Of a stretch of DNA of 64,000 nt, positions 46,690-56,863 are shown piece after piece (position 1 is the first letter of the stretch; each line of letters starts with the position of its first letter). The DNA is from Syncephalis fuscata S228 (taxonomy: Eukaryota > Fungi > Zoopagomycota), in the NCBI GenBank assembly GCA_025786725.1, contig JAHLTZ010000005.1, positions 310,001 to 374,000 on the forward strand, given 5' to 3'. The notes beneath the pieces were generated by a model. It was not told where the DNA came from. It was given only the letters and a program-made list of their open reading frames with translations, and made no database searches. The position numbers were made by a program, and so were the translations under genes.

Positions 46690-47618
46690 CTTGCTTAACT
46701 TGTCAAAATTGATTTTCAAAATGTGAGCAGAACTTAGGCCTTATATGATTACCGGCTGATATGCAATCCACAGCCACTATGCACTTGAAATTATTGGTAA
46801 TTGTTTAATGCTTTCTATTGGGTCTAGCTAGTGTCTGCATATTGCATTGCGTGTAGTTTAGCCGATGCAATTTAGTCTACACCTGAAAACTGGTGACGAA
46901 AATGACCTGTTGGAATGTTTCATTGCTCAAAATGCTGTGATGCATCACCCTACAAATAGTACTTATTGTATAGTCAATTGCAAATAATTTAGATGAGCCG
47001 CCATTTAAATGATGGTAGTTGCGCACATGTAGCATGATATGCCTGGATGTGATGCATTGTGAATTCAAAGCAATAATTACCCCTGTAACAATGGGCATAG
47101 TGTCGAATGAAATGTATACACGTACCAATCAACACACTTTATGATTTAAAAATTATGACTGGCCTATGTATGGCAGTAAAACCTGTATAAAATACCAGCT
47201 TGATATGTTAAACTTGTTTTTGCATCAGTGTTGTGTGCTATTCTGTATGCAACAGATATTGAGGACTGAGTCGGTAGAAATGGCAGCAAAGACATCATTA
47301 TTGTTTTTACAAAACCAAGCAATATACTTGTTTTACCAAATAGTTAGATCGTGTACCAGAAAATACAGAATGATGTACATGTCTCTATTGCATATGTACT
47401 GCTTATTGTAATTGCTGCATCATCTGTGTAAATGCCGAGAAAATTGAAGTAAAGGCTGGTCAGGTTGGAATCAAGGCTGAGATACATATTATCACGCCAT
47501 GAATCTATTGGTACATGTGCACCTCAACCACTGTTTGGATTATTTTATTGGTTCATATTACACATCAATGGTATATATCGTATACTGTAGTATACTAGCA
47601 TTTCAACAAGATCATAAG

Positions 47619-47626
47619 TATAAATA
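47619..47626 (+). promoter_or_regulatory. TATA box (TATAAATA) of the micro-exon gene
   Basis: About 140 bp upstream of ATG 47764, followed by a pyrimidine/CA-rich leader. Similar TATA-like elements precede the secreted genes at 12865 and 14684. Confidence 0.55.
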
Positions 47627-47763
47627 GCCCACAAAATATACACAACCAACTGCAATATCATCATTACGCTCTACTTCTTGCTAAACACGCACTATTCACC
47701 ACTTTACACCAACCACACTCTACTATCTCTTTTATTTGTTTGTCTTAACAAATCAATATTACC

Positions 47764-49934
47764 ATGAAGCTTTCTATTGCCGCCGTTTGCACCATTGTCG
47801 TGGCTATCATGGCCAGTACAGCCATGGTAGATGCTAAACCAGCCTTAGTTCGCCGTGGTGGTATGTTGCAATAACAATAAATATACCATAATATTTTGTT
47901 TACTAACATTGTTTTTAAATAATAATTATAATAGAATGTAAGCACTATTGTATATTAACTGACTATACATTAACTATGCCATTTATCAACTATACCGACT
48001 ATTTAATATTAATAGCTCGTAAGTCGTATTGTATGTTAATAGAGCATACAATAATTATATACTATGCATTACCTCCATCAATAACTTGATATTAGTAACA
48101 TGTAAGTTGTATTGTATAGCAATCACCTACTCGCTAATTGCATATTATGCATCATGTGCATCAATGATTTAATAATAATAGGCGGTAAGTAATACTGTAT
48201 ATTGATTAACTATTGACTAATTATATACCATGCATTGTGTGTACCAAAAAATTAATGCCATAGAGGGTAAGATGTATTATATGTTAATTAACTGTTCACT
48301 AACTTTATATTATACACCACGTATATAAAAAACTTAATATTAATAGAATGCAAGTTATATTATATATTAATAGAGGGTAAGTGGTATTGCATACTAATTA
48401 ACTATGCTATTCACTGATTGTACCAATTGTTTAATATTAATAGAATGTAAGTAATATTGTATGTTAATTAACTATACATTAACTATAATCTTTGTTAATT
48501 GTGCCAATTATTTAATATTAATAGGGAGTAAGTGATATTGTATATTACTTAATTGTACATTAATTGCTATTTACTGAATGTGCTAATTATTTGATATTAA
48601 TAGAGGGTAAGTGGTATTATATATTAACTGACTATACATTAACTATGCTATTTACTAATTGTGCTAATTATTTAATATTAATAAACTGTAAATGATATTA
48701 AATATTAATTAACTATACATTAACTATGCTATTTACTAATTGTGCCAATTATTTGATATTAATAGATAGTAAGTGATATTAAATATCAATTGACTATACA
48801 TTAACTATGCTATCTACTGATTGTACTGATTATTTAATCTTAATAGTTAGTAAGTTATACTGTATATTAACTATGCTATTTACTAATTGTGCTGTTTACT
48901 TGATATTAATAGAATGTAAGTAGCATTATATATCAATTGATTATACATTAACTATGCTATCTACTGATTGTGCTGATTATTTAATCTTAATAGTTAGTAA
49001 GTTATACTGTATATTAACATGCTATTTACTGATTGTATCAATTGTTTAACATTAATAGGTGGTAAGTTGTATTGCATATTAACAGACTATACATTAACTA
49101 CACTATTTGCTGATTGTGCCAATTGTTTAATATTAATAGCCTGTAAGTTGTATTGTATATTAACTGACTATACATTAACTATGCCATTTACTGATTGTAC
49201 TAATTATTTAATATTAATAGGTGGTAAGTTATATTGTATATTAACTGACTGCATTAATTTTACCAATTATTTAATATTAATAGTGTGTAAGTGATATTGT
49301 ATATTAATTGGTTATATAGCAACCATGGTATTTATTGATTGTATCAATTGTTTAATATTAATAGTTAGTAAGTGGTATTGTATATTAACTGATTATACAT
49401 TAAATATGCTATTTATTGATTGTACCGGCTATTTAATATTAATAGAATGTAAGTTGTATTGTTTATTAATTGATTATTCACTAATTACATGCCATTTACT
49501 GCGCATCAACAACTTAATATTAATAGGTAGTAAGTAAAGCTATGTATTAACTGAATATGCACTAACTACATGCCTTGTATTATGTACAAATAACTTAATA
49601 TAATAGGACGTAAGTTGCATTATGTGTCGATTAACTACTTGCTAATTATATGCCATGTATTATGCGTATAAATAACTTAATATAATAGAAAGTAAGTTGT
49701 ATTATATATTAATTAAATATCCACTAATTATGTGCCATGTGCTGTATCCATCAATAAATCAATATTAGCGGAATGTAATTTGTATAGTATATTAATTAAT
49801 TCCTCACTAATTACATGTTATGCACTATGTGTATCAACAACTTGATATTAATAGGCGGTAAGTAGCATTGTATATTGATAGATTATGTATTAGTTATGTG
49901 TAATATAATATATTTATTTGTAAATACAGAATAA
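47764..49934 (+). CDS. Secreted Cys-rich peptide precursor encoded by a signal/pro exon, about 25 micro-exons of 3 nt (two of 6 nt) and a stop exon
   Basis: Exon 1, 47764-47860, encodes MKLSIAAVCTIVVAIMASTAMVDAKPALVRRG+G and ends at donor GTATGT with branch point TACTAAC at 47901. Micro-exons lie between TAG and GTAAG. Terminal acceptor CAG at 49927-29, then AA TAA. Phase-1 splicing gives ESLTCEEEWKDIKFSACVFKCRQTECE* with no internal stop. Confidence 0.75.
47925..49929 (+). repeat. Tandem array of 26 intron-plus-micro-exon units, period mostly 79-83 bp (a few 63-70, one 27)
   Basis: Consensus gtaagt.gtattgtatattaactgactatacattaactatgctatttactaattgtgccaattatttaatattaatag-NNN. Triplets start at 47935, 48016, 48099, 48182, 48264, 48347, 48374, 48444, 48525, 48604, 48685, 48766, 48847, 48913, 48994, 49059, 49140, 49221, 49284, 49365, 49446, 49527, 49607, 49689, 49772 and 49855. 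Confidence 0.95.
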
Positions 49935-50377
49935 TCGATGGTTTCAAGACATCAGCATTGGTGGTGCAATCAAGCCACTATTCCAATACACTTTAGGTAT
50001 ATATTCGGTGAAAAGCAAGACCATTTGACAACTACGCCGTCCAGTCTATCTATATATCAAGTTTTGGCCAATGCTTTGGCTTATTCAGTCTTTAACCAAT
50101 GGAATCATTATTTTATCGACATGTTTGCATCTAGTTGTCCCTATTCAGCTGTGCAAGCTTATCGGAATAAACTTATGATTTCATTTTAACAAGATAATAA
50201 TAATAAATTGCCAATTGGATTTTAATACTGAGAAATAATTTATTGAAGCAGTGCTATATCATTTCCAATTAATTCAAGTGATAAGTCAGCCCGCATTATT
50301 TTTAATATCCAATATTAGTGTCAATAAATGTTAAATAATATTTTATATTGTTACTATATCGATTGTAAGGTACTGTA

Positions 50378-50795
50378 AAGTTTGTAAACAGCCAAAGTAG
50401 GAGGGAAAGCGGTAGGGATGGCTTAGCAAACTATAAATACTTAATTAATAAAATTGTTATTAAATATTTACGTAATGGACTTTGTTACCAACAAATAGCT
50501 TTGTTTAGCACTTTACACAGAAGTCACAGCTGTATAACCCTGAAATTTAAGCTAAAAGAAAACGTTGGGAGCAAAAAAGCTGTTTATTAACTGTTTGGCC
50601 GACAGTATTATAATACTTAATACTTTCGGCATTTAAAATGGTGTATACTGCAATGGGCCCTGACGGGAAAATCTTAATTAAAGTACGACAAAGCTTAAAT
50701 TGAACTTCGTTAAGTACGTAATTTAAGCATTGGTAACAATATTATATACAATAAAATATACCCACTTTAGCCACTGATCATAATAAATGGCTAAC
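50378..50795. other. Structured-RNA-like island, possibly a group I intron core of mitochondrial origin (NUMT)
   Basis: Complementary pairs: AGCTTTGT 50497/ACAAAGCT 50688, CCAAC 50488/GTTGG 50564, TTTAGC 50504/GCTAAA 50551, hairpin GCCGAcAGTATTA...TAATACTtTCGGC 50598-50630, CTTAAATT...AATTTAAG 50694-50727, and TTAGCCA...TGGCTAA near 50767-50794. The family resemblance is from memory and untested. Confidence 0.4.
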
Positions 50796-50949
50796 AAATT
50801 TAATTAAATTGTATAATAATGTTAAATGAAACACAACAGTTTACATAATTATCCCGTTTATTCAACTCAATTAACGCAATAATCATTGATATCATTACTA
50901 AAATAGCTAACATAAGTGTAATTGTAGTAAATGTACCTCATTGTAATAT

Positions 50950-51115
50950 GCTAATATTCAATCAATCTTTTTACACATGGCCAACAACAATAATGATTAA
51001 CCTCAAATGTCTTAATGAAATCAAATACTATTAATAAAAAGTAATATAAATATATTGTGTATAATAATGGTATGACTTTAAACAAAATTTACTTTAAGGA
51101 CTCAAAATAGAGTGT
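50950..51115 (+). repeat. Dispersed degenerate AT-rich repeat, copy C (partial)
   Basis: Colinear similarity with copies A and B. Confidence 0.65.
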
Positions 51116-51696
51116 GAAAAATAAATGTTAATCAACTTTAGTATATAATTAGATACTGTGTTTTACACAAAAAGACACAAGTAATGTAAATATAAAGGCG
51201 CATTTTACTTTGGATCAAATAAGTTAATAGGATAATGTACTTATTAAAATGCTAATAAATCTAAATATAAAGATTACATGTGTTTAATATGTGCAGTGTT
51301 AGCTTTTAGTCTTGCAATTTCAATCATATCGTATTAATCCATCTAATAATAATAGTGATTAAATGACATTAATTATTAATATTTCTACTAAATGCTGTTT
51401 ATAAAGTTATAATAAATTTACTTATTTTATTCAATCGATTTAAACAGGCAATAAAATACTGAATTGTTTATCATTTTATAAATATGATGTCTAACAAACG
51501 TCATCACATTTTCTTATTTCTTATTATTGACTGTGTACAAGTGCCGTCATTTCACCAATCAGCCATCTTTACGCATTCTCTTCCCAAACCAATTCCATCG
51601 CCTGTGTCTTTCATTTGCTAACAAGAGTATATTGGATTCTTGAGCCTATTCTCTAGTTTAATTGGCGTTTTAATCGCAAAACAGAACTATATTACA

Positions 51697-54600
51697 ATGT
51701 CGGTTGCCAAGGATGCAGCAACTATCGAGCAGTTTCGAGCATTCCGTCGAATGAATCTCGATGCATGGCGAAGCAAGCCAGGTATGTTATACTCGGGCCA
51801 ACTAACAAGAATGACAGACTTATGCATGAATACTATACAGATCCAGAACAGTTTAAGAATCTAGATTCTAATCTAAAGAAAAATACCGCGTTTATTAAAA
51901 AATGCCGCGCCTCGTTAGGCCAAGATGCCTTAGCACAGTTGAAGCGTGATATCAAACAGCTTAAACTTGAAAAATATGTTAGTGAAATTGTTACCGCAAT
52001 ACCAGAGGGTCTACAGCGGTGTAAGCGAGAAGCAGACGTTACGGCAGCTGTAGAAGTAAGTACAACAATGAGTTTAATTCAATCGATATTTAAAGATTAA
52101 TGTGTGTATTTTAAGATTGTATCATTGCTACACCAGCGATTTGCTGATACGTTTTCCGTACCACTAGTCCAACAGCTACAACGGGCCATGGCGCCAACAC
52201 CCAAAGCACATCTTGCCTCATTATCGGCTGAACAACGAGAACGTGAAGAAACAGCCAGAGTATCAAAACAACGCATTCTTGGTCGAATCTTTGTTGATTT
52301 ATGGCTAGTGGGCATATTTGCGGGTATTGATGGTGGAAAAGAGAAAGAGCGTAATATTCGTATTGATGATCATGTTGTGTTCCAATGTTTCTACAATTTG
52401 GTAAGTTATTTAACTGATGTATACTGAGTTAATAGACTATAACTTAATGCATCTATATTTGCTATGCCTAGCTGAAGGACGATGCAGATCATATTAATCT
52501 TTTATTGGCAACGTCTTTTACTCGGTATTATGGCCTACAAATACTAAATATTGCGGCTCGTAAAGTGCGTAAAACAGCCGACGGTCAAGATGCTACTACA
52601 AACATAGAATCAAGTAAAGAAGAGAGCCTGAAACTATATCCCGATGATATTATATCCAACGAACTACGCCAGAAATACCTTAATCTATTCACTGAATATT
52701 ATCATTCAGTGGCCAAACATCTGGTTCGTGACTATCGTGTAAGTATAGTATGTATATAATCGATAGCGTTATTATTGATAGAATTGAAGTATATGAAACG
52801 ACTTGAACGAAGAAATAATGAATGGGCCATTGCTCGCGGTGAAATTACCGAAGAAACTCGACAAAACTTTGACCGTGTAGTGAAGAATTATGAAAAGTTA
52901 CAAAGTAGCACTCAAAGGTAAATAAATAGCAAATAAAAAGTAGAAATACTAATTACTATGTATATAATTGGTTTATTCGTAGTCTGGCCGATTATTTGGA
53001 CAAAGATTTGCCTGAATTACCTGTCGAAGAAGATACATCAGTTGGTGTATCTTTAGTTAAGGCAGGAGGCAGAGATGAAGATGAAACAGTTAGTATTTAT
53101 TAATAATATTGATATAATAATTAATTAATATATCAATCGTTATCAGGATATGGGAAATGGTGTATGGGAAGATGAAGATTCTAGACTATTTTATGAATCA
53201 ACATTAGATCTCAAAAATGCTGTACCAGCCATTCTGTTAGAAGGACGCAAGAATAAGAAAGAGTCAACGGCTAATACGGTAAATGACGAACCCGCTGAAT
53301 TGTCACAAGATACACAAGCAACAATCGATGAAGCATCTCAGCCATCATCAAAATTAACATCAACAGCAACAGCAGATGCTCATGAAGTAGAAGAAGCAAT
53401 GCGACAGATGATGGAGCGTATGGGTGTTGCCGAAGAAGGCGATGAAGATGAAGACAACGACGATGCCGATGATGCAGCCAATCCAGACTCGCTCTTTAAT
53501 CAACATTTAGATGAAGCAACAGCAACAACAGCAAATGATGAAGAGAAAACAGTCGATGAAGGTGGCATGGCCGCCAGTGGTAAGATTGGTACATCGGCTA
53601 AACTTGACAGTTTATTAGCACGATTACCAACTATGAACAACCGAGAGCTTATTGATAGAGCAGCCATAGACTTTTGTTTTCTTAATACAAAAGGATCTCG
53701 TAAACGATTAGCTCAGGTAAATTGTAGCAACTATATCATTTAATATTGATACTGATCAATATGATAGGCATTATACAATGTACCACGTACTCGGTTAGAT
53801 CTACTACCTTATTATGCTCGACTAGTAGCCACATTACACCCATATATGCCAGAAATTAGTGAACTTGTTTTAGGTGGATTAGAAAGTGAATTTCGCTATT
53901 TATCACATAGAAAGCGTCGACAATTACTTGAATCACGTATTAGGAACATTCGATTTATTGCTGAATTAGTGAAGTTTGATGTAACGCCACTACATGTGGC
54001 ATTCCATTGTTTTAAAGTGCTGCTTGATGATTTTTCATCAGAAAGTATTGAAATCTTATGCCATTTACTTGATAGTTGTGGTAGGTTCCTTTTTAGAACA
54101 CCGGCTACGCATGCTCGTACAAATACTATGGTAAGTTGTATTAGTGTATTATTAATGGACAATAAATGAACTAATAGTAATAACAATAATATACAATATA
54201 TAAAATACAATACAATTAGCTGGAAATTGTTATGAAGAAGAAACAGGCTCTACCATTGGATGCCCGTCTTACTATGATGATCGAGAATGCTTACTACCAA
54301 GTGAGTAAAATGACACTTGTAACAAGTCAAAGTAAAATAGCTATTAATAGTGTATATTTATTTATATTTATATATAGTGTAATCCACCCGAGGCAGTTGC
54401 TCGTGAAGAGAAAGAACGCACACCCATCGAGCAATATGCACGTAAATTGATATATATCGATTTAGGACCTCGTATAGTAGAAAAAGTATTGCGTAGTCTA
54501 CGTAAATTTGATTGGGATGATCCAGAAGTATGTCAATAGCTACAATTTTATTACCAATATTCTAATATTTTAATATTATTAGATTGTTACTATGATGGTT

Positions 54601-56441
54601 AGACTATTAACAAAGCCATGGAAGATTCAATACAGCCAATTACACTTATTAGCTGTATTGGCCAGTGGTCTCTATCGATACCATAGCGATTTAGGTGTTA
54701 TGGTAATTGATACGCTATTAGAAGAGATTCGTGTTGGTCTTGAGGTAAGTAGATGAAGTATAAGTATTCAATAATAAGCTAATTAATAAATGTAAATGAA
54801 CTATAAATAGAAAAATCTATTTAGACAAAATCAACGACGTGTATCAGTTGTTCGATATTTGGGAGAATTGTATAATTATCGAATGATTGATTCATCCATT
54901 GTATTTGAGACACTTTATACAATTATTACATTGGGCCATGGTAAGTATACTATTGATGTTAATGATACTATTCTTATTCAATATTCTATAGAAAATGGTA
55001 GACCGGCATGGGGTAGAATCTGTTGGTTAGATTTACCAAATGACTTTTTCCGTGTACGACTATGTTGTGTTCTACTTGATACATGTGGCATCTACTTTAA
55101 CAAAGGGCCATCTAAAGCACGATTAGATGCATTCCTTACCTTCTTCCAGGTAATGATAGCTATAATTGATGTTTATTACGACAACTAGACTATACTAACA
55201 CGAAATAATAGATGTATTGCCTTACTAAGAGTCAAATGCCTATGGATGCCGATTATATGGTGAAGGATCTATACGATGTAAGTTTACTAATATAATATTT
55301 ATTAATGAAATGACAATTAATAATCTACATATACGTCATTAGCTATTAAGGCCACACATGAAGCTACATGCAACCTATGAGGCTGCACAATTGGCAGTTG
55401 ATGAGCTGTTAATGGCAAATCTAAAGGCAGTACAAGGTATATTTATTGCATGTAGTATCTATAAACAACCACTAATCAATAAACTATAGAGGCTACAGGT
55501 GACACATCACAAGTTACCGGTCCTATGGCAGATCCAATTCAGTTGCCGGATAACGAAGAAGAGTATTTGGAAGACGAGGAGGAAGATGACGACGATGAAG
55601 ATGAGGAAGAGAGTGAGCGTTCAGATGAAGATGAAGATGAGGAGGACGATGAAGATGAGGAGGAAGAGGAGGATGAGGATGAGGATGAAGAAGAGCTACC
55701 ACCTGCTGACAATGATGAACATGGCACATTTGTTGATCCTGATGACGATAATGTTGTAGTAGTACTGGGTAGAAAGGATGAGACGAGTATTGATGAAGAG
55801 TTTGAAAAGGAATTCAGTCTTATGATGGCAGAAAGTTTGGAATCTCGTAAATTTGAACGTAAAGCGGGTACATTAGATGTGGCAATTCCCATGCATTTAC
55901 GTGGATGTAAGTGGTGTGACTAACATTTATTGTATACTATGTTAATATTTACTGTACAATTACTATAGCAAATCATGAACCCTTAACCGTTGATACAGTG
56001 ACGCCATCTGATGGACAACATGTATCATTTACGTTATTATTAAAGCGTGGTAATCGACAACAGGTGATTTAAACGAATAGACGGAGATGATGGTACTGAT
56101 TATGCAATTATTTAGACCAAGATAGTGGATGTGCCATCAGATTCAGCCCTAGCTGTTTCTACTCGTCAGAAACAGTCTGCAGAGAAAGAAGAGAAACAAC
56201 GACTAAAACAACTAGTGTTGAACTATGAAGAGAGGGAACAAGCTCAAGAGATGCAATGTAAGATAATTTAAATAGATCATTGTATTACATTTATGATACT
56301 AATACAATCAATATTGCTATTACCCTATGACTAATAACAGCTTTGAAGCGTTCACTGGCCCAACAAGGTGTACATCTAAAGCACTCGGGACATGGACGTA
56401 GCCAGCGTGGCCGATCAAACCCATCACTTTACGAACAATAA
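51697..56441 (+). CDS. UPF2: Nonsense-mediated decay factor Upf2/Nmd2, intron-rich
   Basis: LDSNLKKNTAFIKK, LEKYVSE, SLLHQRF, GVWEDEDSRLFYE, MIF4G segments (IDRAAIDFCFLNTK, LDLLPYYARLVATL, LGELYNYRMIDS, DLPNDFFRVRL) and an acidic stretch followed by EFEKEFSLMMAESLESRK and LKQLVLNYE. Confidence 0.95.
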
Positions 56442-56863
56442 CCAACCAACCGACCAACCAACCATTTTATGGCTAGCTAGCCACTAGTATATTCTAGTAC
56501 AGCATTGACGTCTATTTAACGGACATAAAACTATTGATTAATTGGTTCAACATCACGCACTGCACTGGTTTGGTCAGAAAGAGTTATTTTTGCCGATGAA
56601 CAGCTATTGATCACTGGAAATTTGATTAGCTATACCAATTAGAAAGCTGTTACACATACATGCATACATATATATACATATATATTGTATTGTATATTAC
56701 ATATATTCGATGCTCAAAAGTGTTGTAGGTAACGATGGGTAAACAAGATTGATGCTATTAATAAATGTCGAGTCATTTTTTATTACAACTATATTGATAT
56801 GATTAATTTTGATTGATTAAGCAAAAGGTTATTGTTAATTATTTGCTATTTGTAAGGATATAT

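Noticed and set aside
49019-49537. ORFs MLFTDCINCLTLIGGKLYC... (49019-49294 and 49325-49537) as a Cys/Leu repeat protein
   Set aside because: By-product of an 81-bp (27-codon) period; neighbouring units contain stops and non-triplet lengths.
47925-49929. CRISPR array or plain satellite interpretation of the 81-bp repeat
   Set aside because: Eukaryotic context, no cas genes, and variable parts only 3 nt long. The conserved positions are precisely splice donor, branch and acceptor signals downstream of a signal-peptide exon.
49930-50189. Longer coding last exon (NNRWFQDISIGGAIKPLF... or ORF 49938-50189)
   Set aside because: Every candidate donor at the end of exon 1 (47855, 47858, 47861) is phase 1, which puts TAA at 49932 in frame. 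Other frames would require a non-triplet exon; not excluded, but unsupported.
55499-55892. Poly-Ser, Met/Arg/Lys-rich and His/Pro-rich ORFs overlapping UPF2
   Set aside because: Alternative frames and strand of the GAR/GAY acidic tract of UPF2.
51697-56441. Functional link between UPF2 (NMD) and the adjacent micro-exon gene
   Set aside because: Tempting because skipping can create premature stops, but adjacency alone is no evidence; UPF2 is an ordinary housekeeping neighbour.
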